Positions 10,085-20,387 of a DNA stretch of 64,000 nt are shown here, piece by piece; the first letter of the stretch is position 1, and each line of letters opens with the position of its first letter. Origin of the DNA: Candidatus Altimarinota bacterium (GTDB taxonomy: Bacteria > Patescibacteriota > Gracilibacteria > UBA1369); the NCBI GenBank assembly GCA_963677745.1, contig OY782391.1:1271836-1335835 (forward strand), written 5' to 3'. A model generated the notes under the pieces. It saw only the letters and a program-made list of their open reading frames with translations. It had not been told where the DNA came from and did not search any database. The translations under genes and the position numbers were made by a program.

Positions 10085-10996
10085 TTGACAAGCTGGACAG
10101 ATGGAAAGATACCCCTTGCCAAAGGTGCAAGGACCAAGCGTCCCAACCCCAACTTCGAACAGAGGAAAGAACAGGAGGAGCTACGAGAACTGGTACTGCT
10201 GCAGGGCGGAAATCCCGGAGCAGTGACCCGTCTGCCTCCTTCCCGTCGAGGTTCCAGGGGAGGCGGGAGAAGGCTTAGTCGCCAGGAAAGCCTGGCTGCG
10301 GAGCACGAGCGCGAGCTCAAGGAATGTCTCCAGAAAGGAGTGGCAGAGGTCTATCACCTCGAGGACTACCGGCAGGCAATTCCGGGACAACAGGGCGAAC
10401 AATCAAAAACCCCAACGGTTGCAGATGTACGGCAGCCGATGGAGAGCCCTGCGGTTTCCGCGGAAGTGCGCCCCGTCCAGGTGGAAGACCCGGATCCATT
10501 CTATTGGAGCAGACCGGAGTCCTACTCACCGGAGGCGATCGAACAGAGAAGAAGGGAAGACGAGGCCAAAAGGCTGGGTGATGCCGAATGCAGGGCGGCC
10601 CGCGCAGAGATGGAAGCTGCCGTAAACCGCGTTTGGCAGAAAACACTCAGTCTCTATCGAAGCGCCTCAGGGGTCAAACAGCGACAACGCCAGTCGACCG
10701 CCGACAACGATCCAACCCAATCCGATGCGGAAGGTACGGATTGCTGTCAGGCTCCCGATTGCGTCAGTCACCTTCAGCTCAAGCCGGAAGAAACCATGCC
10801 GGTAGAGCCGCCCGGACCCCGCATGGCCATCGGCTCAAGTCACAATGTCAGAGCCTCAACGCTCAAGGCCAGGAAGACCAGGAAAGAAAAGAAAGATGCC
10901 GGTAAAGCGGCAGTTCGCCTGGTCAAGGAGGCCAAGCAGCAGCTGAAGGACGCTCGACAGGAACAGAGGCTCGTCCGGGCCAATCGCCAGAAGTAA
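10085..10996 (+). CDS. GC-rich orphan protein, charged and low-complexity, with a K/R-rich C-terminus
   Basis: The ORF track gives 10034-10996. The in-frame TTG at 10085 follows AAGGAGGAGG (10070-10079) and is the more likely start. The gene has its own promoter and terminator. Confidence 0.6.
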   Translation: MTSWTDGKIPLAKGARTKRPNPNFEQRKEQEELRELVLLQGGNPGAVTRLPPSRRGSRGGGRRLSRQESLAAEHERELKECLQKGVAEVYHLEDYRQAIPGQQGEQSKTPTVADVRQPMESPAVSAEVRPVQVEDPDPFYWSRPESYSPEAIEQRRREDEAKRLGDAECRAARAEMEAAVNRVWQKTLSLYRSASGVKQRQRQSTADNDPTQSDAEGTDCCQAPDCVSHLQLKPEETMPVEPPGPRMAIGSSHNVRASTLKARKTRKEKKDAGKAAVRLVKEAKQQLKDARQEQRLVRANRQK

Positions 10997-11005
10997 CCAT
11001 CTTCC

Positions 11006-11052
11006 AAAGCTTGTTTATCGGGGCCGCGCGCAACGCGCGGCCCCGAAGCTTT
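11006..11052 (+). terminator. Strong GC hairpin, probable intrinsic terminator
   Basis: TCGGGGCCGCGCG-CAA-CGCGCGGCCCCGA (13 bp), extended by AAAGCT/AGCTTT and followed by Ts. Confidence 0.75.
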
Positions 11053-11104
11053 TAAATTGGGTGAATTTACTGTATAAAAGTTTTGACATAAATACCAAAA
11101 TACC

Positions 11105-12634
11105 ATGCCAATTCCCTATGTTTTAATGATTCTGGACGGTTGGGGCTACAGTCCTGAAACCGCCAACAACGCCATTGCCCAGGCCAAAACACCAAATATC
11201 GACGGGCTGATTGAGAAATATCCCCACGGCCTTTTGAAAGCCAGCGGTTTGGACGTGGGGCTGCCTGAAGGGCTGATGGGTAATTCCGAAGTCGGGCATA
11301 CCAATATCGGGGCGGGCCGCATCGTTTATCAGGATCTAACCCGCATCGATCAGTCTATCCAGGATGGCTCATTCTTCACTAATCCGGTTTTAGGCAAAGC
11401 CTTTGAACTGGCTGCCGAAAAGGGGACCAAGTTGCACCTGATCGGGCTGCTTTCGGACGGAGGCGTTCATTCTCATATTCGTCACCTGGAAGCTCTTTTG
11501 CAGCTGGCCCAAAACAGGCAGTTTAAAAAACTGTTCGTTCACCCCGTTTTTGACGGACGCGATACCGCCCCCATGATCGGTGAAACTTTTCTTCAGCAGT
11601 TATTGGGATATTTTGAAAAGTACGGAGTGGGCCGGCTGGGCACGCTTTCCGGCCGTTTTTATGCCATGGACCGGGATACCCGCTGGGAGAGAATTGAAAA
11701 AGCTTATAACGCTCTGGTGTTGGGGCAACCGGCATTGGGCTCCGATCCACTCGATTACCTCAAACAGTCCCATCAAAAAGGCATCGGTGACGAATTTATT
11801 GAACCCGTTTGTGTCAGCCCCGACTCCACCATCGACGAAGGGGATGTAGTAATTTTCTTTAATTATCGCTCAGATCGCGCCAGACAGATGACCAGGGCTT
11901 TGACCGAAAAAGAATTTACCGGTTTTACCAGACAAAAATGGCCCCTGCTTTCCCAATATGTCTGTATGACTGAATATGATCAAAGTTTTCAGTTGCCGGT
12001 GGCTTTTCCCTCGCCTGCACTGGTCAACAACCTCGGCGAAGTTATTTCCAAAAACGGACTGAAACAGCTGCGAATAGCCGAAACAGAGAAATACGCTCAT
12101 GTGACGTTTTTTGTAAACGGCGGCCAGGAAATTAAATTTCCCAATGAGGACCGTATTCTGATTGATTCGCCCCGCGATATTGCCACCTACGACCAAAAAC
12201 CGGAGATGAGCGCGGTTCCGGTCACGGAACGGCTTTTGCAGGAACTGGACCGCGACATCTATGATTTCGTGATCATCAATTTTGCCAACTGTGACATGGT
12301 TGGGCACACGGGAATGATGGACGCCACCATCAAAGCGGTGGAAGTTGTGGATCAATGTGTGGGAAAAATCGTGGAAAAAGTCTTACAAAAAAAAGGTCTG
12401 GTTTTTCTGACAGCCGACCACGGTAATGCCGAAGTGATGATGGATGCGCAGGGCAGACCCCAGACCGCTCATACCTCCAATCCTGTGCGCTACATAATTA
12501 TCTCGGAGCAATATCCCCTGGGCAGTCTGAAAACGCATGACGGTCGGCTGGCTGATGTCATGCCAACGCTGCTCACATTGATGAATCTCCCCATTCCGCC
12601 AGAGGTGACCGGTCAGAAATTGCTGGATAATTAA
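11105..12634 (+). CDS. gpmI: 2,3-bisphosphoglycerate-independent phosphoglycerate mutase
   Basis: Motifs LMILDGWG, MGNSEVGH, GRFYAMDRD, AETEKYAHVTFF, NCDMVGHTG, TADHGNAE. Confidence 0.97.
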   Translation: MPIPYVLMILDGWGYSPETANNAIAQAKTPNIDGLIEKYPHGLLKASGLDVGLPEGLMGNSEVGHTNIGAGRIVYQDLTRIDQSIQDGSFFTNPVLGKAFELAAEKGTKLHLIGLLSDGGVHSHIRHLEALLQLAQNRQFKKLFVHPVFDGRDTAPMIGETFLQQLLGYFEKYGVGRLGTLSGRFYAMDRDTRWERIEKAYNALVLGQPALGSDPLDYLKQSHQKGIGDEFIEPVCVSPDSTIDEGDVVIFFNYRSDRARQMTRALTEKEFTGFTRQKWPLLSQYVCMTEYDQSFQLPVAFPSPALVNNLGEVISKNGLKQLRIAETEKYAHVTFFVNGGQEIKFPNEDRILIDSPRDIATYDQKPEMSAVPVTERLLQELDRDIYDFVIINFANCDMVGHTGMMDATIKAVEVVDQCVGKIVEKVLQKKGLVFLTADHGNAEVMMDAQGRPQTAHTSNPVRYIIISEQYPLGSLKTHDGRLADVMPTLLTLMNLPIPPEVTGQKLLDN

Positions 12635-12658
12635 TTTGTACGGGGTGCCTGTCCTGGT

Positions 12659-13369
12659 CTAATCCTTGGATAATTCCGGGTGTCGCTTGTTCCAGGGGCA
12701 GAACGGCCTGAGCCGGCATTTTTTACAATAGGGACGGGGAGCCTTGCAGACATCTCTTCCCAGCTCAATCAATAAATGTGAAAATTGTCCCCACTCGTGC
12801 CGGGGAAGGATTTTCATCAGGTCTTTTTCCACTATCGCCGGTTTATCGCTGCGGGTCAGCCCCAGGCGGGCGGAGACTCGTAAAACGTGCGTGTCCACGG
12901 TTATTCCTTCATTTTTCCCAAAGGCATTGTACAAAACCACATTGGCGGTTTTTCTGGCGACACCCGGTAATGTCAGCAGATCATCCATTGTTGAGGGAAC
13001 CTGTCCTTTGAATTGTGATTCAATCAGCTGGGCCGCTGCCTTAATATTTTTGGCCTTATTCCGGTAAAATCCGGTAGATTTTATGATTGACATTAATTCC
13101 TCCGGATCGGCGTCCGCAAAATCCTCAACGGTTCTATAACGGGAGAACAGTACGGGCGTCACCAAATTGACCCTTTTATCCGTACATTGGGCACTCAGAA
13201 TAGTGGCGAACAGCATCTGTAACGGATTGTTAAAATTAAGAGCACAATGTGCGCCAGGATAAGCCTTTTTCAGCGCCCCAAGCAAAGACGGTACACGACT
13301 AGCGGTCTTCCCGTTTTTCTGGCTGCCCTTTGTTTTTGAAGTCTTGTTTTTTACAGAAATCTTTTTCAT
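12659..13369 (-). CDS. nth: Endonuclease III
   Basis: LSAQCTDKRVN, HhH motif LPGVARKTANVV, VDTHV, and the 4Fe-4S motif CxxxxxxCxxCxxxxxC. Confidence 0.96.
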   Translation of the reverse strand: MKKISVKNKTSKTKGSQKNGKTASRVPSLLGALKKAYPGAHCALNFNNPLQMLFATILSAQCTDKRVNLVTPVLFSRYRTVEDFADADPEELMSIIKSTGFYRNKAKNIKAAAQLIESQFKGQVPSTMDDLLTLPGVARKTANVVLYNAFGKNEGITVDTHVLRVSARLGLTRSDKPAIVEKDLMKILPRHEWGQFSHLLIELGRDVCKAPRPYCKKCRLRPFCPWNKRHPELSKD

Positions 13370-13411
13370 AATGCGCTCGCACCAATTTTCTTTGTCAGCA
13401 TAACCAACCCT

Positions 13412-14017
13412 ATGTCCAAACGGAAGATCAAATTAATGATCTTGTTGTATGCCGCCTGGAGTATTCTGGGAGTGTATGCCGATTATGCCTGGCTCACCCA
13501 GGTTCCCTGGTATCTGATCCCACTGACCGCGATCTGCTCACTTTATCCGCCGCTTTTGACGGTCTGGTATCTGTATCAATATTTTGAACGACCTGCACCG
13601 GACTGGTTTACTTATTGGATTATTCTGGGTACCTCCAGTTACGGATTGATGGCCCAGTTTTATTTCCCCTTGCTGATGTCGCTGGTCGGAATCAATTTTC
13701 ACGATGTCGGTTCGATGTTTTGGGTGGCGGTATACGGCTGCCAGTCGGTCTTCCTTTTGCCATATCTAAAAAAACTGCATTTCCGCACCATGCTGCCGGG
13801 AACACTCTATATTTTGGCGGCCGATCTGGTTCATTTTTATATTCCGACTTTTGTGGATTTTACCATACCGGGATATCCGCTCTGGATGAAATATCTGACC
13901 GTAATTGTAGCCGTTACGCTTCAAATATCCTGTTCAATAATTATATTCATCAAAGTCCAAAAAACAGCGCCTGTTGCAAATTCAAAGGAGTCTGTGACTT
14001 TGGCTGCCCAGATTTAG
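13412..14017 (+). CDS. Integral membrane protein (DUF1405/YpjA-like)
   Basis: About six hydrophobic segments; N-terminal GVYADYAWLTQVPWYLIPL pattern. Confidence 0.55.
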   Translation: MSKRKIKLMILLYAAWSILGVYADYAWLTQVPWYLIPLTAICSLYPPLLTVWYLYQYFERPAPDWFTYWIILGTSSYGLMAQFYFPLLMSLVGINFHDVGSMFWVAVYGCQSVFLLPYLKKLHFRTMLPGTLYILAADLVHFYIPTFVDFTIPGYPLWMKYLTVIVAVTLQISCSIIIFIKVQKTAPVANSKESVTLAAQI

Positions 14018-15561
14018 TCTGAAAGCAGACCACCCGTGAGTGGATCGCGCAATGCCAAATCGTTATAGGGATTTCTGACTTTCATTTTTACCGGCAGCCG
14101 TCGGACTTTGCTGCGGTCGCCCAAGGCCTTGGAGACATATTTATCGGGTAATTCGGCAAAGTTCAGAACTGCCAGGTTCAGATAATCCAAAGGATCTTCA
14201 TTGTCGCCGTCCCTGATTATTTCGAAATGAAGATGTGGACCGGTGGTATATACACCCGCACCTCTGGTTCCCGGTATTCCGCCGCTCAGACCGATGATAT
14301 CACCCTGATTTATTTCGTCCCCCTCGTTCACCAGTATTTTGGAGATATGACCGTACAGCGTCATATAGCCGCCCAGATGGGCCACAATAATATAACTGTA
14401 GCCATAACCGTTGTCGGCCGCCCTATAGACAATTCCATCGGCGACGGATTTTACGGGAGTTTCCTGATTGGCTCTGATGTCGATTGCATCATGTCGCATG
14501 CCAAAAAATTTGGCATAAGAGGCTTCATGGAAATAGGCGCTGATTCCACGTGCCGGCGTGACCGGCCAGATTGGCGAAAACTCGCCCTGTGACAAACCAA
14601 AGGTTAGATAGTCCAGTAGTTTTTTATTTGTACCGACATTTAGCAGGGTGGCATAATCGTCCGGATTGAAATTGCTGCCCTGTTCTTTGATTCTGTCCTG
14701 TACATAAGCCAAATTCTTTCTGAGGGTATCAATCTCCAGCAGCACATTCTCCTGCTGTGCTTTTGATCTGGCCAGTAATTGCTGGTAAATGTCTTCTTCG
14801 CCTTTAGTCTGGTCCAGCAAATTTTGTTTGGCCTGTTTCATTATTTCCAGGTCGGCTTTTTCTGCTGATACTTTCTGGTGATAGACAATTAAATCATATT
14901 TTTTCACCTCCATAATTTTTTGATCGGCTTCCTGTTCTTCCATCAGTTCCCCCAGTTTTTCAAAAATCTGCCGTCCCTGTTCTTCCAGCACTTCCGAATA
15001 GCGTATTGAACGCAGCTTTTCACTGGTTGTGTCGTCGCTCAGCAACAGTTTGAGAGTATTAAGATAGGCTCCGTCCGAGTCCAGCGTACTGAAATCATGC
15101 TGGTCTTTAAAAATGACTTCCAGATAACCGGAAATCAATTGTCTCTGGTAGGAAATTTCAATCTTTTTCTGTTCGACCTGATACTCCAGTGTTTCTATTT
15201 CACTTTCTTTACGGGCAATTTGAGCTTCCACATTATCAATAATGCTCTGTGTGGCCGCTATCTGATTGTCCAGGTTGTCCAGTTGGCCTTTGAGAGTCCC
15301 AATCTTTTCCAGCGATTCCTGTATTTTCCCCTGAGTCTCCGCAATCTGCCGGTTTACCGAAAATAAATCTTCCTCGCTTGAACTAATTTCCAGCTTGATC
15401 CTGTCCAGAAACTTGTTGGTTTTATACTGTTTGATCAGATCAGCTTCATTGGCAGCCGGATTTTCCTGTTGTGCCGCAAGAAATCCGTCCTTCACCGGAA
15501 GCAGCAGTATCATTACGGCGGTTATCAGGAAAACCAGTTTTTTACTGATAATTGATTTCAA
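14014..15561 (-). CDS. Coiled-coil plus M23 peptidase (EnvC/PcsB-like murein hydrolase)
   Basis: Signal peptide, long coiled coil, HDAIDI, YGHIS and TTGPHLHFE M23 motifs. Confidence 0.9.
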   Translation of the reverse strand: MKSIISKKLVFLITAVMILLLPVKDGFLAAQQENPAANEADLIKQYKTNKFLDRIKLEISSSEEDLFSVNRQIAETQGKIQESLEKIGTLKGQLDNLDNQIAATQSIIDNVEAQIARKESEIETLEYQVEQKKIEISYQRQLISGYLEVIFKDQHDFSTLDSDGAYLNTLKLLLSDDTTSEKLRSIRYSEVLEEQGRQIFEKLGELMEEQEADQKIMEVKKYDLIVYHQKVSAEKADLEIMKQAKQNLLDQTKGEEDIYQQLLARSKAQQENVLLEIDTLRKNLAYVQDRIKEQGSNFNPDDYATLLNVGTNKKLLDYLTFGLSQGEFSPIWPVTPARGISAYFHEASYAKFFGMRHDAIDIRANQETPVKSVADGIVYRAADNGYGYSYIIVAHLGGYMTLYGHISKILVNEGDEINQGDIIGLSGGIPGTRGAGVYTTGPHLHFEIIRDGDNEDPLDYLNLAVLNFAELPDKYVSKALGDRSKVRRLPVKMKVRNPYNDLALRDPLTGGLLSD

Positions 15562-15682
15562 CTTGAAATATTAATTAATCTCTACATTTTAACAGAAAAC
15601 GGCCCTTCAAACAATTGCCAGGAGGCTTGGATCGGGGCAAACAGAAGCTTTTTCCTTGCAAAAAACCGGGAAAAATTGTAAC

Positions 15683-15711
15683 TTGCATTCGCGTCGGATC
15701 TTCATTAAGAT
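15683..15711 (+). promoter_or_regulatory. sigma70 promoter of rpmA
   Basis: TTGCAT-17 nt-TAAGAT. Confidence 0.55.
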
Positions 15712-15757
15712 AATCAAGCCATTATTCGGCTTAAATATAACCTAATTCAGCACTACT

Positions 15758-16036
15758 ATGGCTCATAAAAAGGCCGCAGGTTCCACAAAAAACGGTCGCG
15801 ACTCAGTTGCCAAGAGACTCGGCGTAAAGATCTTTGGAGGGCAGCAGGTAAGGGCCGGCAATATTATCCTCAGACAGAGGGGGACCCAGTTTTTCCCCGG
15901 TGAAAATACCGCTCTCGGCAAAGACCATACCATCTTCGCTCTGATTGACGGAGAAGTGAAATTTTCCGAAAAACAACTTACCAAGTACAACGGCCAGGTC
16001 CACAAGGACAAGTTTGTACATGTTTATAAGGCCTAA
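15758..16036 (+). CDS. rpmA: 50S ribosomal protein L27
   Basis: [16 protein letters not shown]...RLGVK...IILRQRGT. Confidence 0.98.
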   Translation: MAHKKAAGSTKNGRDSVAKRLGVKIFGGQQVRAGNIILRQRGTQFFPGENTALGKDHTIFALIDGEVKFSEKQLTKYNGQVHKDKFVHVYKA

Positions 16037-16038
16037 TT

Positions 16039-16731
16039 TTGTCTGATTTAGAGTCCTTTTCATTTGAAGAGTCCAATCAGGGGTCAACCCCCGAAACTTT
16101 CAAGCTGTTCCAGGAAAGAATGAAAGCGGCTTCCTCTCAAATCCAGGCTATTCGGGCGGGGGAGCAGCGGCAGAAAAAAAAGGAAGATGAGCTGGCTAAA
16201 ATTCTCAGCGAATTTATCAAATCGCTCCAGCATGATTCGGTCTATGCGGAATTTCTTGTCCATGTCAGTAAACTACTGGGCCTGAACGTTCCCGCAGCGT
16301 TTATCCTGGTGCTGATAATCATTAATTTTCCAAAACTACAGCAGCAAACCGGCCTCAAGCTGATTACTTTTGAAGAAGCGGCCCGTGCCGGCGCACTGGA
16401 AACACAAACCCTGCCGGATCTTTATCTGGCCGAAAATGCGCTTCCGCCTTTCCTGAAAATTGCCATCGACGCCTGGATCCAGGAGATTTCGCAGGTCGCC
16501 ACGGACAATCGTTCCAAATTGCTGCAAAGAGCTCTTACCCTCAGTCAGGAATTTTTTCCGGAAATCGACCAGATGATGGCCTACAACCTGACCTTTTATC
16601 TGGAGAAAAACGGCTTTCCCATCGCCGAAGAATTTGCCCAGACTTTTTCGCGGTTTTGCCTGAAAGGAATATTGGATCAAATAAAAAAGCCTTTACAGGA
16701 ATTGCCAAAACCCGGCGACAAACTGGAATAA
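16039..16731 (+). CDS. Hypothetical protein
   Basis: 230-aa ORF directly after rpmA, TTG start; no family recognised. Confidence 0.7.
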   Translation: MSDLESFSFEESNQGSTPETFKLFQERMKAASSQIQAIRAGEQRQKKKEDELAKILSEFIKSLQHDSVYAEFLVHVSKLLGLNVPAAFILVLIIINFPKLQQQTGLKLITFEEAARAGALETQTLPDLYLAENALPPFLKIAIDAWIQEISQVATDNRSKLLQRALTLSQEFFPEIDQMMAYNLTFYLEKNGFPIAEEFAQTFSRFCLKGILDQIKKPLQELPKPGDKLE

Positions 16732-16741
16732 CAAAAACATT

Positions 16742-17200
16742 ATGAAGCTGTATTTACTTCAGCACGGTGAATCGAATCCGGAAGACGTTGATCCGTCAAA
16801 AAACCTTTCCGAAAAGGGGAAAGCCGATTTGGAAAAGGTCTCTCTGTTTTTGCAAAAGAATTCGGTAAACATTCCCCAATTCTGGCACAGTGGCAAAGCC
16901 CGCGCAGAGCAGTCTGCCCGGATTATTGCCGCCGCCATGCAGCCCGTTCCACAAATTACGGAGCAGGTGGGTCTGCAACCAAACGATTCTCCACTCAACC
17001 TTGTCCCGCTGATTCTGGAGGAAGAAGATGATCTGATGATGGTCGGGCACATGCCAAATCTGAGTAAACTGGCTTCATTTTTGCTTTCAAACACTGAAGA
17101 AGCCGATTTTATCGGTTTTCAACAGGGCGGAGTCCTGTGCCTGGAACAAAGGGATCAGCAATGGCATCTGAACTGGATGGTTATCCCTGAAATTATCTAA
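16742..17200 (+). CDS. sixA: Phosphohistidine phosphatase SixA
   Basis: MKLYLLQHG (QHG variant of RHG), HSGKARAEQSA, VGHMPNL, W-M-I-P C-terminus. Confidence 0.85.
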   Translation: MKLYLLQHGESNPEDVDPSKNLSEKGKADLEKVSLFLQKNSVNIPQFWHSGKARAEQSARIIAAAMQPVPQITEQVGLQPNDSPLNLVPLILEEEDDLMMVGHMPNLSKLASFLLSNTEEADFIGFQQGGVLCLEQRDQQWHLNWMVIPEII

Positions 17201-17211
17201 AAGGATCTAAA

Positions 17212-17289
17212 TGGGGTGTCCAATGGGTTTCGAACCCACGACCTCCAGAGCCACAATCTGGCGCTCTAACCAACTGAGCTATGGACACC
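17212..17289 (-). tRNA. tRNA-His (anticodon GTG)
   Basis: Reverse complement GGTGTCCATAGCTCAGTTGGTTAGAGCGCCAGATTGTGGCTCTGG...GTTCGAAACCCATTGGACACCCCA, with G-1 and CCA. Confidence 0.97.
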
Positions 17290-17650
17290 ATAATATCTGC
17301 CCGCTGATTTTAACATAGCCGTAATTCAAAGCAACCAAAATAATTTAGGAGACAGTATAAAAATACGGCGGAAATATCTTCAATTTATTCAAGGAGTCCA
17401 AAAAACTATGACCGAGCAATATATGAATATTGTGAGAGAATAGTTTTTGCAGATGACAAAGAATAAGTTGAAGAGAATAATCAACAGGCCACTTGAACTT
17501 GCAAGTGGCCTTAGTTGATATTTAGGAGTAACAACGCCCTAGAATAGCCTCATTATCCTAAAAAAAACATCAATTAAACTCGCTTTCCCTTTGCAGTCCA
17601 CACATTCCTAACAGATTATTTCACGAAAGCAAATGAATTATATCACTTGT

Positions 17651-18520
17651 TCATGAATATGCAAGAAATTTATTCAGATCAAACCCGAGAACAGTCACAT
17701 CATAGTTTCTGCTCTCACTGAAAACCAAATTCGGTTGTTGATCGTTACTGTATTCCACACCGGAAAACACGGAATTTTTCATAAAATTATACTTTTTGGA
17801 AAGTGCCGAATTCTGTTCGGCCATCTGTCGGAAACTTTCCCCGTGCAAGAGGTAAAAATTATAGGTCTCTGCGAAATCTTCAAAAGGATCGGTCATGGCA
17901 TAGCCTGAAACAAAATCCTGTTCCTTGGCCTGTCTTTTTAAAGTATTCTCATCCAGAAAGCTTATTCTGTAAAAATCAAGGCTGAGGTCATTTTGGTAAA
18001 TATCGGCCTGTCCATCCATAAATTCACTACTTTTTGCCCAAAAGCTTCCTTTAAGTACTCCTGTATCCTCAATATGCCCCAGTTCATGAACCAGCACGCT
18101 TACCAGCTCCTCATCTGTAACATTCTGACAGCGTAAAATAATGGTTGATCCACCTCCCAGACCACGCCTGCCGTTGGAATTGGAATAAAGAGTCAGATTT
18201 TTAATCTTCTTTACTGTATCTTGGGGCATCGTGCTGAGTGTCTTATAGACGAGTCCGGCACATTTTTTAAGAGTTTCCGGATTGTCATTGCTGTCTTTGG
18301 CATAATCTTTGCCCGGATGCAGTGTAATACCCAATTTCTTGATTTCCTGAAGATAATCAAGGTTCTGGTTGGTGGAAACGCTGGTTCTGGAGCTTTCCCT
18401 GGCCAGAGCTACCGGACGGCTTTCAAATCCTGTCAGTTGGCCTGTTTGACCTACGGTGAGATTAAGCCCGACTGCAGCCTGCAACCCTATAATAATGGCA
18501 AAAAGATAAGTTTTTAGCAT
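17651..18520 (-). CDS. Secreted zinc metallopeptidase-like protein
   Basis: Signal peptide, HELGH zinc motif, and FVSGYAMTDPFEDFAE downstream Glu motif. Confidence 0.8.
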   Translation of the reverse strand: MLKTYLFAIIIGLQAAVGLNLTVGQTGQLTGFESRPVALARESSRTSVSTNQNLDYLQEIKKLGITLHPGKDYAKDSNDNPETLKKCAGLVYKTLSTMPQDTVKKIKNLTLYSNSNGRRGLGGGSTIILRCQNVTDEELVSVLVHELGHIEDTGVLKGSFWAKSSEFMDGQADIYQNDLSLDFYRISFLDENTLKRQAKEQDFVSGYAMTDPFEDFAETYNFYLLHGESFRQMAEQNSALSKKYNFMKNSVFSGVEYSNDQQPNLVFSESRNYDVTVLGFDLNKFLAYS

Positions 18521-18662
18521 ATTAACGCTGTTAACTGATCGTTTTTGTCTTTGTTTTTAGAAGCTGCCGGTTTTGGCAGAATTCCGATAAGGGCTAATTA
18601 TATACTAAAAAGGGCTAGTGTCAAGACACCGCGTTCATTTATCGATCCGGAACTGGCTCAAA

Positions 18663-20249
18663 TTAGCTGGCTTTGTATCTTACCAGGTATTTCAGTGTAG
18701 TTGTATTGGCTACAAAAATCGTCCCGTGCGGCTGGCATTTGCCGGAAACCGTGCTTTTATCTGCTTTGAATTGTTCCACTAGAAAATTCTCCGCCGTATC
18801 GATAGCAGATTGCACAGTCTGATCCAGTACTTTTTCGTCGTTGTTGACATTGTTGAGAGGCTTGTCGACTATCATATAAACGTATCCGTCAGCCGCACGC
18901 CGGTATTTTAAACCGTATTTTGCGTCTACCTTGCCGCTCAGATTGGTATCAGTATAATTCTTGGAGGCAGTGGGGTCGTTGCGTAGCAACCGGTCTTTAA
19001 TGACCGTATTAACTTCTTTTTCTTCATTGACAATTTCACCGAATTTCTTGGAAAAGTCCTGCAATTCGTCTTTGGTAGGTTCTTTGCCAAACCAGGATTG
19101 ATACTTTTTGGCCATCCAGACGCCTGCAGCTGAAGAAGCCAGGTAATTGTATCCTCTTTTGAACCAGTCGCTGACAGTATCGGTGACCCTTGAGGTAAGG
19201 CCCTCCTGCATTTTTACTTCCGGATCGTTGGACATTTCTATTATGGCTGCCTGGCTGAAACTGATGGGAGGATTGTATTTTGCGTATTTCTCTCTCAAAT
19301 TCTTGGCACCGTACTTCTTTACAAACAAATCCATAGCTGCATAAGCTTCATTGGGAGGCATTTTGGTTTCCGTGATAGTGCCTTTGCCGGTTTCATACTG
19401 GTCAAGCAGTCCCATGAAAGGCACTTCCCCCAGATGGACCAGAGCTTTACTCATCAGTTCGGCGCCTTTATCATCGGTTCGGAAAGCCAGTTTCAGAAAA
19501 TCACCGCTTTTTTTGCCTTTAATTTTGTCGGAAGCATAATCCACAAAGGATTCACCGGAAAACAGATACCATACTTTGTTGAACAGCCAGGCCCCGCCGG
19601 CAATTTTCAGTCCGGTCATCAGGGTACCGCGTATGCCCTTAATCGTATCGTTTTGTGATTTCATAAACCAGATGCCGCCCAGAAAGGCCACACCGGCCAT
19701 TAACATTTTTTGTCCGGACGACAGTTTATCCCAGTTTTCCATGGCCCCGCCCAGTTTTTCCTTAATTGTGTCTCCGATGCCCTTGGTTTGTGTTAACAGA
19801 TCCTTTCTGCCTTCAACTGAAGCTTTCACTACATTTTGCAGTCTGAGGGTATGCTCCTTCACCAGATCGTAATAATCCTTGGCTTCCATGATTTTTTTGG
19901 CTTCAGCCTGTTTCATGTTTGCGGGCGGAGTCTTCAGATTCTCCAGCTGTGACAGCATCACTTCTTTCGATTCATCCATAATGCCGATTCTGCCGTAACT
20001 GTCCAGAATCTTCTTGGCATCCTTGAACTTGCCGCAGAGCATCGCTTCGGTCTTGGTTTTGCCTTCTGCTGTTAATTGGATGGCCTGTTCAAAACCAAAA
20101 GTGGGAGCGGCTCCCGGTCTTTGCAAAAAATCCAGAATTCGCTTGTCATTCAGGGTTTGTGTCTCCGGAGTCAGGTTTTTGTCCTTGGCATCCTTGGCGC
20201 GCAGGGCGTCGATACTGGTCGGGGATACTTCTGGACCTCCATTAGGCAT
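18663..20249 (-). CDS. Hypothetical protein with a central hydrophobic hairpin
   Basis: 528-aa ORF with two hydrophobic segments (LMAGVAFLGGIWF, IAGGAWLFNKVWYLF). Confidence 0.75.
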   Translation of the reverse strand: MPNGGPEVSPTSIDALRAKDAKDKNLTPETQTLNDKRILDFLQRPGAAPTFGFEQAIQLTAEGKTKTEAMLCGKFKDAKKILDSYGRIGIMDESKEVMLSQLENLKTPPANMKQAEAKKIMEAKDYYDLVKEHTLRLQNVVKASVEGRKDLLTQTKGIGDTIKEKLGGAMENWDKLSSGQKMLMAGVAFLGGIWFMKSQNDTIKGIRGTLMTGLKIAGGAWLFNKVWYLFSGESFVDYASDKIKGKKSGDFLKLAFRTDDKGAELMSKALVHLGEVPFMGLLDQYETGKGTITETKMPPNEAYAAMDLFVKKYGAKNLREKYAKYNPPISFSQAAIIEMSNDPEVKMQEGLTSRVTDTVSDWFKRGYNYLASSAAGVWMAKKYQSWFGKEPTKDELQDFSKKFGEIVNEEKEVNTVIKDRLLRNDPTASKNYTDTNLSGKVDAKYGLKYRRAADGYVYMIVDKPLNNVNNDEKVLDQTVQSAIDTAENFLVEQFKADKSTVSGKCQPHGTIFVANTTTLKYLVRYKAS

Positions 20250-20329
20250 CGAATTTCGTTAAATATATCTTGATATTTTAGCATAAAAAGGCCTAATTCA
20301 GCAAGAATGCACAGTTAGACTAGAATACT

Positions 20330-20366
20330 AAAAGTGCGGGCTGGCAAGTTGATTGCCAGCCCGCAC
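20330..20366 (-). terminator. Intrinsic terminator after the 727-aa gene
   Basis: GTGCGGGCTGGCAA-5 nt-TTGCCAGCCCGCAC (14 bp) followed by TTTT on the minus strand. Confidence 0.8.
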
Positions 20367-20387
20367 CTGATTCGTTTAAAACCTTTC

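Noticed and set aside
9040-11100. Integrative element at tRNA-Gln
   Set aside because: No integrase and no duplicated tRNA 3' end was found downstream.
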